DNA from: Torpedo marmorata | Lineage: Eukaryota | Direction of reading: 5' to 3' | DNA length: 64,000 nt | NCBI GenBank assembly: GCA_977017645.1 | Contig: OZ360245.1 | Span: 38,254,001-38,318,000 of the forward strand | Part shown: in pieces, positions 11,450-23,020 of the stretch | Numbering within the stretch: position 1 is the stretch's first letter | Layout: the number at the start of each line of letters is the position of its first letter | The notes under the pieces: model-generated | Databases searched by the model: none | What the model was told of the DNA's origin: nothing | What the model saw: only the letters and a program-made list of their open reading frames with translations | Made by a program: the position numbers and the translations under genes

Positions 11450-11850
11450 GGACATTACATAGTTCTGATTACCACAATACAGGAAAGATGTCATTGTGTT
11501 TGACATGTATGCAGCTGATATGATGATGTGAGAAGGGCTTGAGAATTATAGCAATGAGGAAAAATTTGATAGGCTGGAATTGTTATCTTTATAAACTGCG
11601 TGGCTTGTACAGAGAGTTTATTGAAGTGTATGATGTGATGAAGAATCTGTATACCTTGGAAATCAGGAGCCAGGTGTACAGAGATGTATTAATTAGTAGA
11701 TGCATTAGAAGGCGAGAGCTCTTTTCACCTGAGATTGTCAGTGCTTGGAATATAATCAATATCATGAACAGAACACTTCACTGAGTTTAAAAAAAAAATA
11801 CTTTAAGTGTCATAAACTGCAAGCCTATTTGGGCTAGTCTGAATACAGTG
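11450..11850 (+). mobile_element. Degenerate CR1 3' fragment
   Basis: TTCTGATTACCACAATACAGGAAAGATG..TTTATTGAAGTGTAT..GTCAGTGCTTGGAAT; ORF 11539 has the FIEVY-like CR1 motif. Confidence 0.6.
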
Positions 11851-12418
11851 GGGCAAAAGACATCAATAGAAAATATTTGTTCTACATATGCTATTTTGGT
11901 ACCTTGTATACAATTCATCATTAGGCTTTATTGCCTAGCAAAACTGTACGCTTGATGGATGATATTGAACAACTTTAATCCCCAAGTTCGTCCTTATGAC
12001 GTTCTGCAGCTTCGTTTCAAGAGACTAGCTTCCATGTTTGGTCAGTATTGGAGCCTGATCCCAACGTCCACATACTTCATAACAGTTCTCACTGCTAACA
12101 ATCAGCAACGGGAAATCCTCTTGAAGCTTCATTTGTTACCATTCTCTTTCAGAAAGTTCAACTCCCATTGAAATGCAACATTGCACTAGTAATTTTACTG
12201 CTGATTTAAAGAATTATTTAAATATGCACGATTGAGATTTGGGGGAGAAGAGTATTGTTCTTTTTTAACATGTGACAGAAGTCAACAAAGTTGTAGGATC
12301 AACAAATCATAAATCAGAATACCAATGTTGCAAGTGCCAATGTTGAGTGCAAATTGCCTGTGCTGCTTGTTTATGGATGTTATTTGTGCTTTTTGTTTCT
12401 TTCCCTCTCTTTTCACAG

Positions 12419-12672
12419 CAGCAGCAGAAGCAGCACTCCAGTCAAGCCTCAAGCCCCTCCAGCGCATATCTCCCATCACCCTTCCACTCCAAACTTCTCC
12501 TTGCCTCTGGGGGCCCACAATACTTCACACACCTTCACGCCGAGTCTGCAGCCTGCAAACCATTCACATCACCCCACCATGTTTGCCCCCCACACAGCTC
12601 TGCCACCACCTCCTCCACTGACATCAAGTGCACTTCAGGTTCCAGGACATCCTGCTGGAGCTGGGTACTCTG
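12419..12672 (+). CDS. AUTS2: AUTS2 coding exon (human exon 8 equivalent), 254 nt
   Basis: TTTCACAG| acceptor; [57 protein letters not shown]; G|GTAAGT donor; phase 2 in, phase 1 out. Confidence 0.95.
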
Positions 12673-13400
12673 GTAAGTGACATTCCTCCCGGCAGTGGCA
12701 GTTCAACAATACTGACATTTTGAAAACTGGAATATTTATCTCTCTTTTTCATTCCATTTGTGTCATTACAATCCATAAACTCCCAAATAAAGGAACTGCG
12801 GAGTAAAGACCAGTTGTCTAAGTATTGGGTAGTCCAAGCAGTGTAGGAATACAGTGCAATCCTTTCCTTACTGTATGAATTCACCACATTTTTAACCACA
12901 AAAGTTGTATGTCTTTCTGATACAATGGTATCCTTTAAGACTTGGTTATTTTTCCATGACTGTTGAAATTTGTGAAGCAACTAAAGTTATATAGCATGGA
13001 ACAGGCCACTTGGGCCAAATCATCCATGCTGACAAATTGGTACAAATTCATTGATCTGTCAGTCAATATGTGGAATGTAACCTTTAAATGATTCGGAAGC
13101 TTATTACCAATGATAGTTGTGACATGGGCATGTCCATTCCTATTACAGATGATCTTTAAGGATGGGGAATATTCTCCTTGTTTGGTACCACATCCTTAGT
13201 TTCATGAAGGTTGATATTTGTTTAGAGTTGTCCCAAGGTTGCAAATTTTAAAGCAAGTAAATAAAGCTTGACAAAGACAGATATTTTGTTGCTGGCATGC
13301 TAAGCCATCCAGAGACACTTTGATTGTTCTCTTGAATCTTTCATCTCACTTGCAGTGAGCATTGTGCTCCAATTCAGTGCTGGCAAAGTCCAGCCTGAAA

Positions 13401-14130
13401 TTTTTTTTTGGAATATTTTATTTAAGAAAATTTTCATCCATACATGTATAGTTTATAAAATACATAATAGAATATTAAATTATTACTTTATTTATACATG
13501 ATGGTATAAATCCCCACCCCCTCCCCCCAAACCAAAACCCCAGAAAGGAAAAAAGAAAATAAAAGAAGAGAAATAAAAAGAAAAGTATGAAGAAAGATAA
13601 AGCAACCTGGATATTAAGAAGTCGCTACCTACCACACGGTTCTAATTAGTTACGGTTTTTTTTTTCTAATTCTCTCAAGGAGATTAATGAGGTACTCGAG
13701 GTGGAGAAACATCTATAAATTTATTCCTACAGTTTGTAAATATGGGCGCCAAATTTTCAAAAATACATCATATTTGTTTCTTAAATTATAAGTAATCTTC
13801 TCAAGTGGGATACAACTACGCATTTCTGTATTCCACTGTTCCATACCCAAATGGGCGTCTGATTTCCAAGTTACTGCTATACATTTTTTTGCTACTGCTG
13901 ATGCGATTTTTACAAATTCTTTTTGATACATATTTAATTTCAATTTCGGTCTTATCCCCTTAATATTACCTAATAAATACGACAATGGATCTTGTGGAAA
14001 TTTAATTCCTATAATCTGCTCTCAAAAAGTTCTTAAGTCTATCCAAAAAGTTCTTACTTTAGGGCAAGACCAAGTAAAATGCATAAAAGTACCTATTTCC
14101 TGATTACATCTAAAACATTGATCTGATTGA
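13401..14130 (-). mobile_element. L1-clade LINE, 5'-truncated
   Basis: ORF 13713..13985 encodes an L1 ORF2 C-terminus (..IAVTWK..W..LEKITY..F.KIW.PY); poly(A) tail seen as a T run at 13401; 12-bp TSD TCCAGCCTGAAA at 13389-13400 and 14131-14142. Confidence 0.9.
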
Positions 14131-15680
14131 TCCAGCCTGAAACTTGAATGCAGATCCATTTGACTGATTTTTAACACTTCTATTTCTATGTTAAACATAG
14201 AATATTTCTTGCTTGATGAAGATCAAGGCTATTTCAGCAGAAAAAATTGGAAGAATTCCTTTGCAGCAAATCAGACTGCGATGCCACGAATGATCTGGCA
14301 CAACCTTGTGCTCAACAGTAGTTGCCTTGTGTCTAAAGCAAACCTTTTGCAGCTGTTTTAATTGTCTGCATAGGAATCAAAAGTTGGTTCTGAGGATACC
14401 TTTTGATTTTTCTCTTAAATAAGTGCAGCAGATAGAGGCTATCACTTGGAGATGGGGGCTGTTGGTGGGGAAATCAAGAGAGGTTGGGGTCTTGAAGGAT
14501 TATCTGGGAGAAACAACAGCAAATAAGGTGAAGGTAACACGGAGGAAAGGAGGCTGGATAGTGAGCAGTTTTGTGGGAATGGACTGAAGGAAATGGGAGA
14601 TTGGTACTGGAAACCAGAAAGGAGAAAGTTAAGGAGACAAGATTGCCATCTGGGGTTCTGGCTGTTTGTTTTGACAGACACATAAAAGGGAGGAACCAGC
14701 TGAAGCTTTGCTTCCTGCTCACAATTGAGAAACTTGCAGGCTCCATTCACGTGTTTCTGCAGTCAAGGCTGAAAAGGACAGGACAGAGGAGCTCAGGAGA
14801 CAAGTTACGGCAAAGAGAACGAGAACATGATTATATTTGGACGTGGACAGTTTTGGTAAAGAAGGATGACATTTGATAGTGATTGATATAATGCTGCTAA
14901 AGCTGTCATAGTAATCTCTGTCTGCATCCAAGCCAATAATTCAAGACCATCCTGTACGTTCAGCTGCAAATCGAAGAGTTGGGTGATGCAAGGGAAATGG
15001 AGAACAAAGATGTGATATTTTGACACCTTAAATTGTTCACCATAATGATATAAATAGCTCCTGTTAGGAGGAATGCGAAAGTACTTTACCCAATGAAATA
15101 GTGAGATACTTTCTGTAAAATATCTGTGCAATGGACATTATAGATAATAAGCTCTGATTGGTGATATCAGACTTCCATATCTAACTTTGAGGAAACACAT
15201 GATCTGTTTATATCTGCTTCAGTTTCAGTCAGAATTGAAACATAATACCACGTTGTGTGCTTTCTCTCGAAATCTATTTGACCAGTTGGGGTTTCTCAGT
15301 TTGGTGACAGTTCCTCAGATTCTGGGACCATTTTGCATTTTTCAGTTAATCCATTACTTTTCTAACTTTGTTAGCTTTAGTTTCTACACCAGTAAAAAAT
15401 AGTTTCTTCGGCCAAGCAACAGATTTGTCATTCTTTAGTTTCAACTACATCTTCCATTGCATCCATGCTAAATGTCGCTGAAGTGAATTTAATGCAAATT
15501 GTGTGCAAAAATTGATATTACACACCACTGAAGGTGATTAATGGTTTGTATTAACCTAATGTAGACAACTGCTGTTCATTCATAACGAACTTGTCAGCTG
15601 AGAATGCTTGCTTTTCACTCTCCGTGTGAATGAAGTGTTAATCAAGCTTTAAAGAAATATTTTCATATCAATTAACTATA

Positions 15681-16322
15681 CAGGTGCTTATCCTTTTATC
15701 CGGAATCCTTGGGACAAGACACTTTTCGGAATTTGGATTTTTTCGGATTATAGAATTTTAGAGGCAGAGTTCTCTGCTGCTGCCGGGAGGCCGACACGGG
15801 TACTGGTCCTGACCTGCCAGGAGGCTGACGATGGATCCGCCCCTGCCGGGGGGCCGACACCGCACTGCTCCTGCCGGGAGGCCGACATCGGATATGCTCC
15901 TGACCTGCCGGGAGGCCGACGTCGGTTTCAGTCCTGACCTGCCGAGAGGCCGACACCAGCACCGCTCCTGCAATGTGATTTGGAACGCATGCGCAGATTT
16001 CGTCGCGCTCTCTCCCTCTTCCATCTCTCTCCCTCCCCAGCGACGGCAATCTGCGCATGCGTTCCAAATCGGAGGCGCTGGGCGGGGGGAGGGGGTGTTG
16101 CAGCAGCGTCCGTACCTGTACGACGTCTCCGCTGCTGCTGGGAGGCCAACGTCCCCGACGTTCCACTAGCTACCGACGCGGACTGACACGGGATTTTCAA
16201 GCGTGAGTTAAGTGTAGGTCGCGTCGGGTCATGTTCGGTGAGCACATGACATCCAAGGAAAAAATTTTTGGTTTTCGGAGGGTTTCGGTTTTTGGAATTC
16301 CGGATAAAAAGATAAGCATCTG
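15681..16322. mobile_element. Tc1/mariner-pogo-type MITE
   Basis: TA TSD; TIRs CAGGTGCTTATCCTTTTATCCGGAAT / ATTCCGGATAAAAAGATAAGCATCTG; internal CCTGCCGGGAGGCCGAC repeats. Confidence 0.88.
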
Positions 16323-16810
16323 TATCTATATCTGAAGCTTCACTCAAACCTCAGAAACCCAGAATATAGTGGAACAGTAGTTCATCATAGTTTTCCATGA
16401 ATTAGATTGACATACCATCACCATCTGCATGTCGTTTATAGGATTAATGATGTTCTGCCCTGATCTTATTTGGTGACTAAAAGTGCATCATGTTCTCAGC
16501 TGGTTAGACAAGGCCGTGCAGCAAAGTTTGTTGCTTTGACTAGATGTAGTTAACTGAGTGCATTGCTGGACCTCCAAGATTTATCCCATTTATGTTTTCA
16601 GAGCTCCTCAAAAGGATGGCCAGCAATACCCAGAGAATGATATTAATTCCTGAGTATTCAAAGTGTTATACGCTCCATGAGAGTCATCAGAATAGAAGGC
16701 ACTTTCACTGCAGCAGTAAAACACACAGCAGTTCAGTTGGCTGAATTGCTTTTGTTTTGTTTTCAAGCAGATTCTGCTAACATTCATTGGATTGATGGAG
16801 ATCTATTGAT

Positions 16811-17071
16811 TAAATTAATTTTTTAAAATTTAAATTTAGACATACAGCACGGTAACAGGCCATTTCGGCCCACGAGTCTGTGCCGTCCAATTTACACCCA
16901 ATTAACCTACACCCCTGGTACATTTCGAACGGTGGGAGGAAACTGGAGCCCCCGGGGAAAACCCACGCAGACACGGGGAGAACGTACAAACTCCTTACAG
17001 ACAGCGCGGGATTCAAACCCAGGTCCCGATCGCTGGCGCTGTAAAGGCATTGCGCTAACCGCTACGCCAAC
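16811..17071 (-). mobile_element. tRNA-derived V-SINE (HE1-like)
   Basis: - strand: A-box-like TGGCGTAGCGG, B-box-like GGTTTGAATCC, V-domain GTTCTCCCCGTGTCTGCGTGGGTTT, CR1-like tail GGGCCGAAATGGCCTGTT. Confidence 0.9.
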
Positions 17072-17287
17072 AATTAGTTAGCTCAAATGTTTTGACCAGT
17101 TCTAAATGTGCAGTATGCTCATTGCTACACTGCAAAATGTTCATTTTTATTTCCAATTTGCATCCAAATATTTTGCTGATTTTTGGCACAAGTATGCGCA
17201 GAATGCAGAAATCCATTTACTTTTGAGCTATTGGCTCCATTGAAAGTGTTGCTACTTTGTTAGTCATACTGTGCTTTAACCACATGA

Positions 17288-17719
<432 letters not shown>

Positions 17720-18639
17720 TGAAGCCTGTTTGGACTACTACTTTGTATCCAGTTATTAGCCAGATGAGGCCATAAAAACGAGTTTCTTTGATGCTGATTG
17801 GAACCATTAATACAAAGCACATCCTTCCTAGTCTTCTTAAAATATTTGTGTTGGTTTAAGTTTAAGATAGCAGAGCAATGAATTGTGATCAGCCTCTACA
17901 ACTATGAATGAATACTGGGAATTTGGACTGCATTGCTCATAATTTTCCGACCCTTGGATCAAGTGGGGGGAAAATCGGTCCTGATTTCCTGCTCTGTTCC
18001 TCTGACAGTCGGAGTGTATCAGCAGAAAAGTGAAGGCAGAAAGGCAAGGCAGGCTAATGATGGAGTGCAAATGTATTTTGTGTAAAGTTTCTGCAATACA
18101 TCTTCAGTTTCATAAAAGAATTCTTCTGCGCATCAAGGTGCTATAGTTCCAATGGCAGCTGTTGCTGCCATTCTCCTTGCACCTTGAGTTGCTCCGCAAG
18201 AAGAGTAAGGACTTTTGTGTGTGAGTTGGCATTCATTCTCTGAATTGGTGGAATCGTGAAGTATTTTGACCCTGAGACTCAAATGCTTTAACAGTGCAAT
18301 ATGGTGGCTACAAGGAACAAGGTACAAAATGGATTATACATAATCCCTCAGATTTACCTCAGATTTGAACCCACTGTAACTAAGGGGTTAGTGCAATAAA
18401 TGCAAGGCCTGCCTTAAGAAGTGATTTAAGAGATTTGTGCCTTTGATGTTCCAGCTCTCCTGCGTGAAGGGGACTGAAAAGGTGCCATGTACATTTTTTC
18501 TTATGGCAGAGAATTTACCTTTTATTGCAAATCAAGTTCGTACCAGCTCACAGAGCAAATCTGTTCCCTACAAATTCTCCCTGAATTTGATTCTTCCCAT
18601 GTTCCTATCAACTCCTCCCAGATTCTACAATTTACTTAT

Positions 18640-18931
18640 GGAGTGGTCAATTAATTAACCAACCTATACATTCTTGGAGATGATGTGAAGCAACTGGAGG
18701 GTCGAGGAAAGCCTGCACGGTCACAGGGAGAAGGTACAATTCCACCCTGTGAAACAAGAAAGTCACTGTGATTGTAGTAAATACACAAAAGTGCTGAAGG
18801 AACTCAGCATGTCCCGTAGGGTCTACAGGAGGCAAAGATATTGACTTCTCCGGTTTCCATTGGCAATCCCTCCTCGCCTCTCTCTCGTTCCCTACCCTTA
18901 TGTCTCCTTTCCTCCAGTACCCCTCCCCTTG

Positions 18932-18968
<37 letters not shown>

Positions 18969-19325
18969 TTTCGCATCCCTCTGTCTCCTTTCTTCCAGCA
19001 CTGCATTCACAAAGCTATTCCCTTACCCTGATCAGTTTTCATCTTTTCTCCCCTGCCCTCCTATTAATGTCCTGTTGGTCTGTGCCTCTCTTCCCTCCTC
19101 ACCCACCTTTTTATTCAGGCGCCTGCCTGGCTTTTACTCATATTTTGATGAAGGGCTCAGGCCCGAAACGTTTGGTTGTATATTTTTGCCTCCAATGGAC
19201 GCTGCGGGACCTGGTGAGTTTCTCCAGCACTTCTGTGTATTTTCAATTCCACCCAGACAGCATTGGAGGTCCAGATTGAACTTGGGTTGTTGTGGGGCAA
19301 CAGCTCTATTAGCCATGGCTGTGCT
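18640..19325 (-). mobile_element. Old V-SINE interrupted by a PLE insertion
   Basis: AATTAACCAACC..CACAGGGAGAAGGTACAATTCCACCC[PLE]AGACAGCATTGGAGGTCCAGATTGAAC. Confidence 0.65.
18748..19243. mobile_element. PLE 3' fragment with inverted pLTR piece; hammerhead motif at 19145-19172 (+)
   Basis: 11-bp TSD CAATTCCACCC at 18737-18747 and 19244-19254; TTGATGAAGGGCTCAGGCCCGAAACGTT; internal (CT)n at about 18931-18968. Confidence 0.85.
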
Positions 19326-19679
19326 TAGGGAAGAGCAGAGAAAACTAAAAATGGAGAACTTTCAAGAGCAAACATCTCCTCAACTGACCACCTTATCCTC
19401 GAGTTGTATTTCTCCACAGAAATGAAGCCGTGTCTGTTCCAAGTCATTCAGTGCAGCTCAGGCTTCTGTTTCCATCCTGTTGTGGAGGTTCCCTTTCTCA
19501 GTTAGGCCAGTCTACTTGCTGAGGATCTCAATGTGGGAGTCAGAAGTGACGATAATATCGGGCAATGTAGCTGAGGTTCGCTGTGGCGTACTGTTTTCTG
19601 CAGAACCTGAGGACCACAGCAAGAGCGAATGCAAATTTACTGACCATAACTTGTTTTACGTGCTTTGATTCCTTTGCAG

Positions 19680-19724
19680 TTTGACAAATACCCAACAAAA
19701 GTCGACCCTTTCTACCGACACAGT
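19680..19724 (+). CDS. AUTS2: AUTS2 45-nt exon (human exon 10 equivalent)
   Basis: CCTTTGCAG|TTT GAC..CAC AGT|GTGAGT encodes FDKYPTKVDPFYRHS; phase 0/0. Confidence 0.96.
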
Positions 19725-20289
19725 GTGAGTGAACTCACCATTACACCAAGCTTGCTCCACCCTTGAAGCACTGTGTTTATGTAAACTTTGGCGTGAGAGC
19801 TCTAGTTTGAAAGCTCATTTACCAAAATTTAAGAGGGAATTGAGTCCTTAACAGCTTATTTGTTTGAATTGATAACATTTAAAGATGTACTCTTCTGGTA
19901 ATGTTTCCAATATAGTGCATAAATGGTCAAGTTAGTTTACAGGTTGGGTAAAATGTGTTCCTTGTTGTTTAAATATGAGCAAAGGTAGTTGAAGTACCGG
20001 TACTTGTTTTATAAAACTAGGTACTGTGGATGCAGTAAATTTGAAATTAAAACTGTTTACGCAGTTTCTCTGCAGAGGCAATGAGAATGAGAACTCATGT
20101 TTCAAGTCAATGACCATTCATTTTTAAGTACTTATGTTGTTCTGGTCTGTAAAAATATTTTTGGTCTTTAATATTTTATTGAAATTTGAGTTAAACAACA
20201 TGGTGTCAAGGAAAATTTGCATACAGAGTATTCACTTTCAGGGTTGGATAAAATCTTACGGGAAATTAACGCTGAGTTCTTGTAGATTA

Positions 20290-20825
20290 GCGTCGTAGAG
20301 TTTTACAATAGAGAAACAGGTCTTTCAGCCACATTCGTTCATGTTGACCAAGCTAGTCCAATTTGCCTGTATTTGGCACACATCCCTCTAAACCTTTCCT
20401 ATCCATGTACCTGTCTAATTGTCTTTTAAACAGCACAATTATACCCACCTCCCTACCTCTACCGCTTCCTCTGGCAGCTTGTTCCAAATACCCATCACTC
20501 TCTGTGCGAAGAAGGTGCCCCTCAGGTCTCTTTTAAATTTTTCCACTCTCAGTTTAAATCTATGCCCTCTCGACTTAGATTCCCCTACTTTAGATTACAC
20601 ATCATAATTCTATAAACTACTGTAAACCACCCTTTCTATGCTACAGGAGAAAATCCCTGAGCCACTCCTAATTCAAACCCACCGATCCAGGTAACATTGT
20701 GAATGTTTTCTGAATCCTTTCCAGCTTCATGATATCTTTCCCATTGTCCGAGTCAAATTCCATTTGCCATTCCTTGGCCCACTTTCGCAGTTCATCCGGA
20801 TGCTGTTGTAATCTCAGATAACCTT
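20290..20825 (-). mobile_element. CR1 LINE 3' fragment (degenerate)
   Basis: ATAGAGAAACAGGTCTTTCAGCC..TCCATGTACCTGTCTAA..CTCTCTGTGCGAAGAAG..AAATTCCATTTGCCA. Confidence 0.75.
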
Positions 20826-21620
20826 AATTTTGAATTTTAGCCTTTGTCTCAGACACGTGGTATTGAGGCGTTGGAGAGGAGTCGGGTGGAGGATGGGCAA
20901 TAGCTGGTATTGTGTGGGCATGAGAGGGGAAATGCTACCATACCTGACAGCTGAGACTCAGAGCCCGTTCGGAGAGTACAGCACATCTCTGCTCGCCCAA
21001 CTATCGAACTGCTATCTGGGTTATCCCATCAGATGTTCTAATTCCAGGTGTCAGACCTGCAGCAATTCCTGCAGGAATCGGTGGTTGTTTTCTCCTCTGA
21101 TGGCATGCCATCCACATATTGTGTAAAGCCACAGACACTGGTGTCTGGCTTTTGTTTCCTCTGTTATGGACATTTCCTCTTGTCTCCCACAAGCCTCAAG
21201 TGATTCAGCTTCTCAGAAGTCAAGTAAACAGTTATGGTTGGCTCCAGGCATGGATAGCATTCATTACATACTATTAGAGATGCTTTAACCCTTTGATTCC
21301 AAGCTTCGCCTGCCTCTGATCAACCAGCTCAAGACTTTATGTACCAGGGAACTTAATTGTAATTTTTTGCTAATGTTATCAGTATGATTTTTGTTTTTTA
21401 TCCTGAATTTATAAAGATTGTAAATGAAGGAAGTCTTTAGAAACTCTGATTCTTTTTGGCCACCTTAGCTGTTGAGACCTGGTGAAGCCCAGATTTAAGA
21501 CCAAATCCATGCTGTGATAGCTAATCTCAACAAAGTGCTGTAGATAGATGGCAAATGGATGTCTTAAACTGAGAATGGGAAGGGGTAATGTTGTCTCGCT
21601 AATGTCTCTATTCTCTGGAG

Positions 21621-21868
21621 CAGCCATTCTCAACCTTGTTTTGGCTATGGTCCCCTTAGGACTCTGCTCAAAGTTTATACTCCCCCCCCCTTCCCTGTGA
21701 AGCAGTCAAGTTTAGTTTGTTTCTTCCATACTTCTCTCCGACTGTCTACATAAAAAACATAAAATCTATTTTATGATTTCAGTCTGTGGCCCCCCTTAAA
21801 TGTGCTGTGGCCCCCGGGTGGGGGGGGGGGGGGGGGAAGAGGCATATGGCCCTCGTTGAGAATGGCTG
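21621..21868. mobile_element. hAT (Charlie-like) MITE
   Basis: TIRs CAGCCATTCTCAAC / GTTGAGAATGGCTG; degenerate 8-bp TSD CTCTGGAG / CTCTATAG resembling the Charlie NTCTAGAN target. Confidence 0.8.
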
Positions 21869-22609
21869 CTCTATAGCACCATCTACAGCACTGTGCTGAA
21901 TCTTCAGTGGGTGCTGTACATCACCTTGGCCTTCCCTTCTGCTCTTGGATATCACCACAATCTTAAAGCACTATTATCCCATTAGAACTTGGCGGAAATT
22001 ATGCTGTGCTTTTTGTGCCTGAAGCCTAACTAAATTGCGAAATAACAAAAGCAGAGCCAAGACACAGCCGTGTCAGCTGATGAAGGTCGCATTGGGTACT
22101 GACCAAAAGGGGAACAAATGGTTGATACCCACGATCTTCACAGATCACTTTTGAAGATCAGTAAGTGACCAAAAACTAATAGGGAAAAGAAACTAAATAC
22201 AGAACCATTGGAAGCACGTGCTGGCCTGATAGAAAGTTGCCACTTTTGAGTTCTGTAGTATTTCAGGATTATTGGACCTGTAAATTAGATTAGATTAGAT
22301 ACACTTTATTGTCATTGTACCAGTGCAAAACAAGCCAATGAGATACAATTAGCGTCTAACCGGAAGTTAAAAAAAATAGTGCTATATATATTTTAAGTGC
22401 ATGTTTAGTTTGGATAAAAGCAAAACTGTCATAAAATGAAAAGGATAAGTGTTAACTTGTGGATTTGTGTATAAATGGTGCAATGATGAGATACATGGGC
22501 CAAAATGCCTGGTTTTGTCACCATTTCCAATGGAAGAACGAGCTTTTGTGTGAAAGAAGAGGAAAACCAGGTTCACTTCTTGCTGCTGGTTGCTGCTCAG
22601 TGACTTAGA

Positions 22610-23020
22610 CCTGAAATTTAGGAGAATGAGGGGGGGATCTCATTGAAACATTTTGAATGTTGAAAGGCACGAACAGAGTAGATGTAGAAAGGTTGTTTCC
22701 CACGGTGGGAGAGTCTAGGACAAGAGGGCACAACTTCAGGATTGAAGGGCGTCCACTTAGAACAAAAATGCGTAGGAATTTCTTCAGCCAGAGGGTGGTA
22801 AATCTGTGGAATTTGTTGCCACAGGTCGTTGTGGAGGCCAGGTCATTGGGTGTATTTAAGACAGAGATAGATAGGTTCTTGATTAGCCAGGGCATCAAAG
22901 GTTATGGGGAAAAAGACGGGCAATGGGGCTGAGTGGGAAAATGGATCAGTTCATGCTTAAATGGCGGGGCAGACTCGATGGGCTGAAGAGCCTGTTTCTG
23001 CTCCTATGTCTTATGGCCTT
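22610..23020 (+). mobile_element. CR1 LINE 3' fragment
   Basis: ORF 22657..22932 ..ESRTRGHNFRI..RRNFFSQRVVNLWNLLP..FKTEIDRFL; tail CCTATGTCTTATGG. Confidence 0.9.

Noticed and set aside
15775-15960. Regularly spaced CCTGCCGGGAGGCCGAC repeats resembling a CRISPR array
   Set aside because: Short degenerate units with related spacers inside a TA-flanked eukaryotic MITE; no cas genes.
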